Assembly: GCA_963755125.1 (NCBI GenBank)
Contig: CAVWIP010000014.1
Coordinates: 141,266-205,265, forward strand
DNA: 64,000 nucleotides
From: an uncultured delta proteobacterium
GTDB taxonomy: Bacteria > Myxococcota_A > Polyangia > Fen-1088
Reading direction: 5' to 3'
The notes under the pieces: generated by a model
The model's database searches: none
What the model was told of the DNA's origin: nothing
What the model saw: the letters and a program-made list of their open reading frames with translations, nothing else
Position numbers and translations under genes: made by a program
Shown: positions 17,223 to 25,834 of the stretch, one piece after another
Layout: each line of letters starts with the position of its first letter
Numbering within the stretch: the stretch's first letter is position 1

Positions 17223-20200
17223 ATGATGAGACGAGCGGCCATCGCCACAGCTCTGGTGGCGGTTGCATACGCAAATTTTGCGTGGGCCCGCATTCCGCCC
17301 CTGGCCGTGGATCCGGTCGAGGGAATGTGGATCGGCGGTGGCGAGGTCTTCATTTACCAGACGCAGGGCCGCTGGAGCGTATTCCCAGCCGGCGCCAACG
17401 TGAACAAGATGACAGTGGACGCCCAGATTGTGTGGGTGGCCACCGACGACGGCGTCATTCGCTTCGATTCACAAAGCCGGCGCTCCACCCGCATCACCAT
17501 GGACGACGGCCTGCCCAGCCAGGTGGTGACCGCGGTGGCGTTCGACGACCAGTTCGTGTGGTTTGCCACCAACAAGGGTGTGGCACGCTATCGCAAGCTG
17601 GACCGGACCATCCGTGTGTACACGGAAAAGGACGGGCTGCCCTCCAAGGTGGTGAACGACGCCCTGACCGTGGGCCGCCAGGTGTGGTTTGCCACGCGCG
17701 AAGGCATTGCCTACTACAGCCCCGATGTCGACGGCCTGCGCGGCTTCGGCGAGGCCGACGGGCTGGCGGGCGCGGACGTGGCTGAACTCTATCAAGTGGC
17801 CGATGAACTGTGGTGCCGCACCGACGCCGGATTGTCGCGCTTTCGCATCGTGCAGCGTGTGTTCACCAACTTTTCGCTGGCGATGATGAAGGCGCAACAG
17901 ATCCGCGTCTTCACCGTCGACGGCACCACCGTGTGGATCGGGACCGACAACGGGCTTTACACCCTCAACGACTCCGATGACTCGTTGTTGCTGTTCCCTC
18001 AGCAGGCTGGGCTCAAAGGCCGCTTCATAACCGGCGTCGAGGTGGACCCCAGCTACGTCTGGATCACGACCGACAAAGAGGTCGCCCAGTACAATCGCCT
18101 GACCCAATTCATCCGGTTCTTTACCGTGGTCGACAACTTGACCCGAGAGGAAGGCAGCCTTGGCACAGTGCTCAACGGCTCCCTGTGGACCGTGATGTTC
18201 CCTGACGGTCCCGCGCAGGTCTACGACGAGAACCTCGACCATTTTGTGGAACGCAAGCTCGGGCTCACCGAGAGCAACGAGAGCAAGACCACCGGCCACG
18301 TTTTCGCCAGGCTCAACGCACAGACCCCCTACGACTTCAAAGCCCACCAGTTCGACCCCAACCGCTACGACACGTCGGACGGCAATCTTTCCTTTGGCCA
18401 CAGCTTCTCGGAGGATCGCAACCTGAGCGCTTCGGCACGGCTGGACTACGGCACACTGGAAACGAAAGGAATTCGCACCCTGCAGTACAACGGGGAGTAC
18501 ATGGGTTCGCAGAATGACGTGCTTCGCGACGTGCGCGTGCAAGACCAGCTCAAGTACCAGACCGTCGAAGAGGGCCTCGATCGGCCGCTATTGTTACAGG
18601 GCGCGTACGCGCGTGCGGCCACGCCGGGCGCGGAGCCCAAGGCCAGCGTGTCGGCGACGGGCGGGTTCCGGCGCGGGGAGCTGGTGCGCGATTTCATCAC
18701 CGGGCCGCGCCAGACTACCTACCAGCTTTCGAGAAAGTACATCATTCCGGCGTCAGAACGGGTCTACGTCGATGGGGTGCAGCTCACCAGTGGAACCGAC
18801 TACACCATTGTCTACACCGCCGGGCAGTTGTCATTCCTCACCCCGGAGACCATAGACGATCTCAGCGTCATCTGGGTCGAATACGAGGCCGATCTGATGC
18901 CAGTGAAGAACTTGGGCAGTCTGTCCCTGATCGACCTGCTGCCGGCTGACAACGAAGTCGGCACCTGGGTGCAGACTGGTGGTGTCTCACTGATCACCGA
19001 TCAGACGGGGCTCTACAACAAGATCGATGGCGGCGCGCCCAAGTACATTGATCGCGGCTGGGTCGCCAGTGTGTACGTCAATTACAGCCAGGGTTCCCGC
19101 GTGATTCAGGTGACCATCTCCGACATGGGCACCGATGCGAACGCCGAGGGCATCTACAACTTCGCTCTGCCGGCCGCGCGCCTGGCGATTCCCGGCCTGA
19201 CCAACGCAGTCGTGGACATGGGCCTGGCCAGCGCCTATGCCGCTTACGCCTATCTTGACCACTTCTACATCGAGATCAACATCAGTGCGAAAGACGACCC
19301 CTCGCTGACGTCGATTGAACTGTTCATGAACGAGATCATGAACCGCAAAACCCAGGCGGGGGCAAATGCGGGTGACCCGTTCAAGCAATGGATGATGGCC
19401 GCGCGGGCGGCCGCCTCGCCGATGCACGGGATGGAGGTCGGCGCGCGGGTGGTGGACCTGCAAGACACCGGCAGCCAGCGACAGCAAGTGCTGGACCCGC
19501 TCACCGGACAACCCATGATCGATCCCTACACCGGGTTGCCGGTGCAGAAAGTCACGCCACCGCGCCGGCTGTTGACCGGCGCGGGTGATTTTCGCTATCA
19601 GCACGCCGTGGGCCAGGGCGGATTGCTGACCGGCTACGGGGAATTCGCAGGTTCGGATCGGCAGGATGCCGGCGCTTCCGATGGCTGGGCGGGTACAGGC
19701 TTTGTGCGCCTGTCTTCCCCGACCCTGGAAGGAACGTTTTCCGGCCGCAAGGATTCGCAAGGCTACACGGCCCTGGGTAACGACAGCACGCGCTTCGGGA
19801 AGCTGGACGACGAGCTACGCCTGAGCGCAACCGGTTACCCGGTGTCATGGTTGCCCACTACGGTGTTTTTCGATCGCCAGCGATCCTGGGTGGACGATGC
19901 CAGTGGTAACCTCACCGACGACGTGGGGGTGATCCAGCACGCCATGGCGCGCGTCCAGATGAACAAGAAGGGGTTGCCCATGACCAGCCTGCAATTGAGC
20001 AGCGCGATTCTGGAAAACTCTAACTTCAGCACCAACCGCATACAAGCCGTGGGCCAGACCGACTATGACCTGGCGCAGATTCTTGGTTTCACCCATATAA
20101 AGCGCTTCACTGTGCGTGGGCTGTACAGTTTTTCGCAGGCGGAGACCGATCAGAACGGCACTTTCGCCTACGTTGATCGGGTCCAGCAATCGCGTCTGGA

Positions 20201-21404
20201 AGGACGGTTTTCTCCCACCAATACGGAATCGATCTACGCCCTGTTTCGTTCGCGGCTGCTTGAGCGAGAGAAAACCCAAGGCGGGAGCTTCGATCGTAGC
20301 CTTCTTCACTGGGAGCTGTACTCGGGCGCCAAGAGCACAATCATTCCTGGCATCGTGCCCACGGTGAACTACACGGCTATCTACGACGACAACCGACTCC
20401 CCGCGCAAAGCGCGAGCACGTCAACCAGCACCGGCACGTCGACCGGGACGGGAACCGCGAGCGGAACTCCCGTGTTGGCACCGGCGTCACTGGCGACCAG
20501 CATGAGCCCGAGTGTCACCGCGGTGACGCCGGTCGGGCCGGGATCAGTCACACTGGTGCCGCCCACGCGCACGGTGCAGGCCACCATTGGCGGCGGGCTG
20601 GGGATCTACCCGGGCCAGTGGTCGAAGCTGCTGAGCCCGGCGGCCATTCAGCCGACAGTGTCAATCGCGGACAACGAAACCGCGGTCGACCAGACCACGA
20701 CGCAATACAATCGAATCTACCGTTTCGACAATCGCGCGGTGTGGGCCAGTGGGGGCAGGTTTGATGTTGAGCTGTACCAACTGCATCAGATTTCCGTGAC
20801 CGCGCAAGACCACCACGAGAACGCAGTGCAGACCCAGATTCAGAATCGCTTCGTTTACCGGCCGGTATTCTCCAGTCCCATCACCTTGCGCTTGAACTAT
20901 CAGGATACACGTTCACTCAACGATCCCACTCTGGGAGGGCCACCTGGTTCTTGGGCCGATCAAGTCCTCTACCAGGGCATCTTGCAGTGGCTCATGCGCT
21001 GGAATCGGGTGCTGACCACACTCTCGACCTTCACTTTAGACATCACGGACACCTCGGATTTCGTGTACCGGGATCCGACCACACTGCTGGTGACGTTGTA
21101 CGACAATAGGCAATATCAGGTCGGCCCTGAGGAGGAGTTTCGCTTCTACCCGCTGAAAGAGGCCGCCACGCTCTATATTTATCAACGCGATGGCGTTTTT
21201 CGCTGGTTCGGGCATGGCGAAGGCATGACCGACGGGATCAGTTACTATGTCGCGGCTGGCAGCATCTGGCGCATGGGCGATAAGATCTACCTCGACGGCG
21301 GCGTCGAATACGACAACCTCACGTGCCTTTCCCAGCCGGTCGGGTCGGCCTGCCTCGCGGTCTCGCGTATCGTGCCGCGCCTGTATCTGACGGTGAACCT
21401 CTAG
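17223..21404 (+). CDS. Large exported/outer-membrane protein: beta-propeller, DUF6599-like domain and probable beta-barrel
   Basis: Signal peptide; repeated DGLPS..V...VWFAT..G propeller units; ERVYVDGVQLTSGTDYTIVYTAGQLSF; IDGGAPKY domain; alternating beta-strand C-terminus ending YLTVNL. Confidence 0.75.
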   Translation: MMRRAAIATALVAVAYANFAWARIPPLAVDPVEGMWIGGGEVFIYQTQGRWSVFPAGANVNKMTVDAQIVWVATDDGVIRFDSQSRRSTRITMDDGLPSQVVTAVAFDDQFVWFATNKGVARYRKLDRTIRVYTEKDGLPSKVVNDALTVGRQVWFATREGIAYYSPDVDGLRGFGEADGLAGADVAELYQVADELWCRTDAGLSRFRIVQRVFTNFSLAMMKAQQIRVFTVDGTTVWIGTDNGLYTLNDSDDSLLLFPQQAGLKGRFITGVEVDPSYVWITTDKEVAQYNRLTQFIRFFTVVDNLTREEGSLGTVLNGSLWTVMFPDGPAQVYDENLDHFVERKLGLTESNESKTTGHVFARLNAQTPYDFKAHQFDPNRYDTSDGNLSFGHSFSEDRNLSASARLDYGTLETKGIRTLQYNGEYMGSQNDVLRDVRVQDQLKYQTVEEGLDRPLLLQGAYARAATPGAEPKASVSATGGFRRGELVRDFITGPRQTTYQLSRKYIIPASERVYVDGVQLTSGTDYTIVYTAGQLSFLTPETIDDLSVIWVEYEADLMPVKNLGSLSLIDLLPADNEVGTWVQTGGVSLITDQTGLYNKIDGGAPKYIDRGWVASVYVNYSQGSRVIQVTISDMGTDANAEGIYNFALPAARLAIPGLTNAVVDMGLASAYAAYAYLDHFYIEINISAKDDPSLTSIELFMNEIMNRKTQAGANAGDPFKQWMMAARAAASPMHGMEVGARVVDLQDTGSQRQQVLDPLTGQPMIDPYTGLPVQKVTPPRRLLTGAGDFRYQHAVGQGGLLTGYGEFAGSDRQDAGASDGWAGTGFVRLSSPTLEGTFSGRKDSQGYTALGNDSTRFGKLDDELRLSATGYPVSWLPTTVFFDRQRSWVDDASGNLTDDVGVIQHAMARVQMNKKGLPMTSLQLSSAILENSNFSTNRIQAVGQTDYDLAQILGFTHIKRFTVRGLYSFSQAETDQNGTFAYVDRVQQSRLEGRFSPTNTESIYALFRSRLLEREKTQGGSFDRSLLHWELYSGAKSTIIPGIVPTVNYTAIYDDNRLPAQSASTSTSTGTSTGTGTASGTPVLAPASLATSMSPSVTAVTPVGPGSVTLVPPTRTVQATIGGGLGIYPGQWSKLLSPAAIQPTVSIADNETAVDQTTTQYNRIYRFDNRAVWASGGRFDVELYQLHQISVTAQDHHENAVQTQIQNRFVYRPVFSSPITLRLNYQDTRSLNDPTLGGPPGSWADQVLYQGILQWLMRWNRVLTTLSTFTLDITDTSDFVYRDPTTLLVTLYDNRQYQVGPEEEFRFYPLKEAATLYIYQRDGVFRWFGHGEGMTDGISYYVAAGSIWRMGDKIYLDGGVEYDNLTCLSQPVGSACLAVSRIVPRLYLTVNL

Positions 21405-21563
21405 AGCACCGAACGGTTTGCCTCACGTCGTGAAATCGCCCATTTGCGTCGCGTCCCTTCGTTGCTCCTCGGTCAAATACGTCGAGTATTCTCCCTCCTC
21501 GCGCCTCGGGCCGCTCGCAACTTCGCAATTTTACTCGGTCCGGCAAACCGTTCGGTGCTCTAG
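21401..21563. mobile_element. MITE-like element, 163 bp, perfect 22-bp terminal inverted repeats
   Basis: CTAGAGCACCGAACGGTTTGCC (21401-21422) and GGCAAACCGTTCGGTGCTCTAG (21542-21563); no transposase; CTAG at both ends. Confidence 0.85.
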
Positions 21564-22060
21564 TTCATCTTCTGATACTTGGCGGCCGGCAAGCCGCAGA
21601 TGGGACACTTCTCGGGCGGCTTGCCGAATTCCAGGTGGCCGCAGACCGGACAGAGGTAGACGTCCATCGCGTCCAGATCCTTGCCCGCCTGCAGGGCGGC
21701 CAGGGCCTGCTGGTAGAGATCCGCGTGTACGCGCTCGACCTTGTTGGCGTATTCCAGCATGGTCTTGCCCTTGTGGTTCTCGCTCTTGGCCTGTTCCACC
21801 ATGGGCGGGTACATCTCAGTGTATTCGTAGGTTTCGCCGGCGATGGCTGCCTTTAGATTCTCGACGGTCGCACCTACTGCGCCCATGTTCTGCAGATGGG
21901 CGATGGCATGGATGGTCTCGGCCTCGGCAGCGGCGCGGAAGAGCCTTGCGATCTGGGGATAGCCGTCTTTCTCCGCCCGGCGGGCGAAGGCGGTGTACTT
22001 TCGGTTGGCCTGGCTCTCGCCGGCAAATGCGGTCTTCAGGTTGTCGATGGTCGCGGGCAC
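21560..22060 (-). CDS. rbr: Rubrerythrin
   Basis: AFAGESQA, AETIHA, GETYE, ERVH di-iron motifs and C-terminal CPVC/CPIC rubredoxin-like site. Confidence 0.93.
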   Translation of the reverse strand: MPATIDNLKTAFAGESQANRKYTAFARRAEKDGYPQIARLFRAAAEAETIHAIAHLQNMGAVGATVENLKAAIAGETYEYTEMYPPMVEQAKSENHKGKTMLEYANKVERVHADLYQQALAALQAGKDLDAMDVYLCPVCGHLEFGKPPEKCPICGLPAAKYQKMN

Positions 22061-22147
22061 GGGGAACTCCTTTTGCTGTGAGACTGCGTGAATGCCAAAG
22101 CATGGCGGCTGCGCCCGGGGCGTGCAAGCCCCGCAGCAGTAGTTTGG

Positions 22148-23650
22148 CTAACGCCCTTCGCGCACACGACGCTGCAACTCGACCGGATCGCGGGCCGCGG
22201 CCACTGCGACCTCGCGACTGATGCGTCCCGCGCGCACCAGGTCGAGCAGCGAGGCGTCGAGCGCGACCATCCCGTCGTCGCGGCCGGTCTGGATCTGGGT
22301 GGCCAGCTGGTGGGTCTTGCCCTCGCGGATGAGCGCCCCGACTGCGTAGTTGACCATCAGGATCTCCAGCGCGGGATAGCGCATGCCGGGGGCGACACCT
22401 TCGAGCAGCCGCTGGGTGACCACGGCGCGCAGCGAGCCGGCGACTTGCAGCCGGATCTGCGCCTGCTGGTGTTCGGGAAAGATGTCCACGATGCGGTCGA
22501 TGGCCATGGGCGCGCTGCCACTGTGCAAAGTGGACAGCACCAAGTGCCCGGTCTCGGCCGCGGTCAACGCCAGAGCCACGGTCTCGCGATCGCGCATCTC
22601 GCCCACCAGGATGATGTCGGGACATTCGCGCAAGGCCGCGCGCAGACCGGCGGCGAAGCTTTCCACGTGGGTGCCGACCTCGCGCTGGTGGATCAGGCAG
22701 CGCCGGGGCTGGTACACGAACTCGATGGGATCTTCCAGGGTGATGACGTGGAGGGCGCGGGTCCGGTTCACCAGTTCCACGATGGCGCCGAGAGTGGTCG
22801 ACTTGCCCGACCCGGTGGTGCCCACGACCAGCACCATGCCGCCGTCCAGATCGCCCAGCGCGCCGACACTGGCAGGCAGGTTCAGCTCGGCCAGCGTGGG
22901 GGCGCTGCGATTCACCGGCCGCAGCGCCAGGGCCAGGCCGTGCGCCTGCCTGAACACGTTGACCCGCATCCGCTGCGGCCCCTGCGCGTCGATCGCCGGT
23001 GCCTCCCATGCGAGATCGACGCTACCGCTTCCGTCGAGAGAGCGGCGTCGCGGCGGATCGAGGAGGGAATCGACGAATCCCAGTATTTCCTGCTGGTCAA
23101 TCGTTTCACCGGTCGCCGCCAGACCAGTGGCCGTGCGGATCCACAGGGGTTGCCCAGCGGACACGATGATGTCAGAGACGGTATCGTCGACGGCGCGCGC
23201 GATCAGGCCCGCCAGCCGGGAAGACGTGGACGCACCGCTGGAGACGGCCGTGCTTGGGGTGGGCAGGATCGCGGCATCAGGAGCGGGGGCAGGCACGCCG
23301 GCAAGGCGCGGGCTGAGAGGGACGGTCGGCGCAGGCTTTGCCAGAACCGCACCGGAGCGGAGCAGCTTGAGTGACAGCTTGTCAGCGTTCAGTCGCGCTT
23401 CCACGGCAAAGGCCCCGTGGCGCTCGGAGCGGTACACGGCGTCGCACGCGCCCGAGGCGCGCAGGCGTTCGAGATCGTCGGGCGCGAGCGCCTCGGCCGC
23501 GAAAGTGTCGAGGATTCCCGCATCGAGCGGGGGCATGGTCAGGCCACGACCCTGCGAACCGATGAGGACCGGCGGCTCGCGCGCCCGAAGCACGATCCCG
23601 GTCGCCTTCTGCGCTTCGATCAACGCGAGCAGAGAGTCGATGGCTGCCAT
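22148..23650 (-). CDS. pilT: PilT/PilU-family type IV pilus ATPase with extra N-terminal domain
   Basis: GTTGSGKSTT, TLEDPIE, ALRECPDIILVGEMRD, AETGHLVLSTLH, ALIREGK. Confidence 0.88.
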   Translation of the reverse strand: MAAIDSLLALIEAQKATGIVLRAREPPVLIGSQGRGLTMPPLDAGILDTFAAEALAPDDLERLRASGACDAVYRSERHGAFAVEARLNADKLSLKLLRSGAVLAKPAPTVPLSPRLAGVPAPAPDAAILPTPSTAVSSGASTSSRLAGLIARAVDDTVSDIIVSAGQPLWIRTATGLAATGETIDQQEILGFVDSLLDPPRRRSLDGSGSVDLAWEAPAIDAQGPQRMRVNVFRQAHGLALALRPVNRSAPTLAELNLPASVGALGDLDGGMVLVVGTTGSGKSTTLGAIVELVNRTRALHVITLEDPIEFVYQPRRCLIHQREVGTHVESFAAGLRAALRECPDIILVGEMRDRETVALALTAAETGHLVLSTLHSGSAPMAIDRIVDIFPEHQQAQIRLQVAGSLRAVVTQRLLEGVAPGMRYPALEILMVNYAVGALIREGKTHQLATQIQTGRDDGMVALDASLLDLVRAGRISREVAVAAARDPVELQRRVREGR

Positions 23651-23723
23651 GCCCAACGGGCCTAGCAAGACTTGCGCCGATACGCAACGTGCCGCCGCAA
23701 TTCCGGTCTGGCAGCACTAGGCG

Positions 23724-24425
23724 CTACGCACCGCCGGCCTCGTCTGGCCGACCGATGAGCCGATACACCGCCGCACCCAGCAAAGCGCCGGCGATGGGCG
23801 CCAGCCAGAAGAGCCACAGTTGCGCGAGCGCCCAGCCTCCGACGAACACCGCCACACCCGTGCTGCGCGCGGGGTTCACCGAGGTGTTGGTCACGGGAAT
23901 GCTGATGAGATGGATCAGGGTGAGACCCAGGCCGATGGCGATGGGCGCCAGACCCTGCGGCGCGCGCTTGTCGGTCGCGCCCAGGATGATGAGCAAGAAC
24001 ATCATGGTCATCACGACCTCACACACCAGAGCGGCCGCGAGCGTGTAGCCCCCGGGCGAATGGATGCCGTAGCCGTTGCAGGCGAACCCCGCAGACAGGT
24101 TGAAGTTGGCCTTGCCGCTGGCTATCAGATAGAGGACGCCGCCCGCGACCAGCCCGCCCAGCACCTGCGCGACGATGTAGGGCAGAAGCTGGCCGGCGGG
24201 AAAGCGACCACCAGCCCACAGTCCGACCGAGACCGCCGGATTGAGATGGCATCCGGAGATGTGCCCGATGGCATAGGCCATGGTCAGCACGGTCAGACCA
24301 AAGGCCAGCGCGACCCCGAGGAACCCGATGCCCATCCGGGGAAACCCGGCGGCCAACACGGCGCTGCCGCACCCGCCAAGGACCAGCCAGAAGGTTCCAA
24401 AGAACTCCGCTCCGTACTTTTTCAT
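23724..24425 (-). CDS. aqpZ: Aquaporin Z
   Basis: [15 protein letters not shown]; two NPA motifs (HLNPAVS, SVNPARS). Confidence 0.97.
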   Translation of the reverse strand: MKKYGAEFFGTFWLVLGGCGSAVLAAGFPRMGIGFLGVALAFGLTVLTMAYAIGHISGCHLNPAVSVGLWAGGRFPAGQLLPYIVAQVLGGLVAGGVLYLIASGKANFNLSAGFACNGYGIHSPGGYTLAAALVCEVVMTMMFLLIILGATDKRAPQGLAPIAIGLGLTLIHLISIPVTNTSVNPARSTGVAVFVGGWALAQLWLFWLAPIAGALLGAAVYRLIGRPDEAGGA

Positions 24426-24751
24426 GCTTTTCCCCTCTCCTGATGGTGAAGCCGCGATTGGGGGCTGAGAATATTCCCAGGCCGTGCGTTGCGCAACTCC
24501 GGTCGGTCCCGCCCGCGCCGTACCGGGGGAACATCGAGGATGTCGTCGTGTCTCCGTGCGAGCGGGCGGCTGATCAGGGGCTGGAACTGGGAGCGGAGAC
24601 GAATCTGCTGGAGTGGGACGGCAACGTGGTCAACTACGACTGGGCCGTGGGGGCGATGATCGGGATGGGGTGAGGGCGGGATACGGTCGGTAACGGCAAC
24701 GATCATGTCCGCGACCACAAACCCAACCTGGGCGGCATCAACACGCGCGTT

Positions 24752-25138
24752 TCAGGTGTTGTCTGCAGCTCCATTAGATGCTGCGCCCTCGACCGGCAGC
24801 TCGGGGGAGGCATTCGCCCTGGATCCATGCGACTTGCGCTTCCGGGACTGCGCTTTCTCCTCAGCGAGGGCGATAACCGCGTCGGCTCGCTCTCCGCGTT
24901 TCTGCCTAGCGACGTACCATTCGTCCAAGAGCGTCTCGATGAGAGTCAGAAATTTCTGGGCCTCGGCCGGTTCGACATCGACTACAAGGTTCACGTCTTT
25001 TTCCATATGGGCACCTATGTTCCCTACCTTCCTCACAGCGTCGATGGCTTTCCATGTAGTCGAGTCAACCCTGGTCTCCAGGGCCTTGATAGCCGAATCC
25101 CGACCACAGTATGGGCAAGTGTAGGGCAGGCGTGCCAT
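24752..25138 (-). pseudogene. DUF4145 (HEPN-like) protein, probably internally deleted
   Basis: YTCPYCG knuckle joined directly to IDAVRKVGNIGAH (RxxxxxxxH-type) and EWYVAR; the intervening region expected in this family appears absent. Confidence 0.6.
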
Positions 25139-25193
25139 GCTTGGCATCGTATCACCGCCACGGAATCCCGTCTTGTCAACCTGTGCGGGGCCT

Positions 25194-25229
25194 TTGACTG
25201 ATACACATTACCATGCCAATCTTTACACA
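25194..25229 (+). promoter_or_regulatory. Probable leaderless vapBC promoter
   Basis: TTGACT-N17-CAATCT with TG extension; predicted +1 falls at the vapB ATG; no RBS; TACACAT occurs twice. Confidence 0.45.
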
Positions 25230-25435
25230 TGCGCACCAACATCGTCATCGACGACACTTTGATGCGGGAGGCACTGGCCGCCAGCGGACTTCCCAGCAAG
25301 CGGGCGGTGGTTGAAGCTGGGCTGCGCAGCCTGGTGTCGCTGCATCGCCAGGCCGGCGTGCGCCGTCTGCGCGGCCGGGTCAAGTGGACGGGCGATCTGG
25401 CCAAGCTGCGCACCGGGCGAACCTCGCACAGGTAA
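25229..25435 (+). CDS. vapB: VapB antitoxin
   Basis: MRTNIVIDDTLM...SKRAVVEAGL...WTGDL, directly upstream of a PIN toxin. Confidence 0.9.
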   Translation: MRTNIVIDDTLMREALAASGLPSKRAVVEAGLRSLVSLHRQAGVRRLRGRVKWTGDLAKLRTGRTSHR

Positions 25436-25438
25436 CCC

Positions 25439-25834
25439 GTGGTTATCGTCGACACCACGGTCTGGATCGACTACTTCCGTGGTCGGCGGACGGCACAGAC
25501 CCGGTGGTTGGACCAGATTCTCGGCGTGACCCGTGTGGGGTTGTGCGACCTCATCTTGTGCGAGATCCTGCAGGGGATGCCCAGCGATGCGGATGCGGCT
25601 GCCGTGCTGGCGCAGATGTCATCGTTCGACCTGCTCGACACAGGCGGCATGGACCTGGCCGTCGAGTCAGCGCGCAACTATCGCCGACTGCGGGCGCGGG
25701 GCCACACGGTCAGAAGGACTATTGATTGTCTCATCGCCACCCTGTGTCTGCGCGAGGGCCACGAGTTGCTGCACAACGATCGCGACTTCGACCCGTTCGA
25801 GGCCATGCTGGGCCTACGGGTGATTCACCCCTGA
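25439..25834 (+). CDS. vapC: VapC PIN-domain toxin
   Basis: VDTTVWID, EILQG, IDCLIA, HNDRDF acidic PIN motifs. Confidence 0.93.
   Translation: MVIVDTTVWIDYFRGRRTAQTRWLDQILGVTRVGLCDLILCEILQGMPSDADAAAVLAQMSSFDLLDTGGMDLAVESARNYRRLRARGHTVRRTIDCLIATLCLREGHELLHNDRDFDPFEAMLGLRVIHP

Noticed and set aside
20410..20470. Short tandem repeats (ACCGGCACG-like)
   Set aside because: They encode an S/T/G low-complexity linker within a CDS; not a CRISPR array or mobile repeat.
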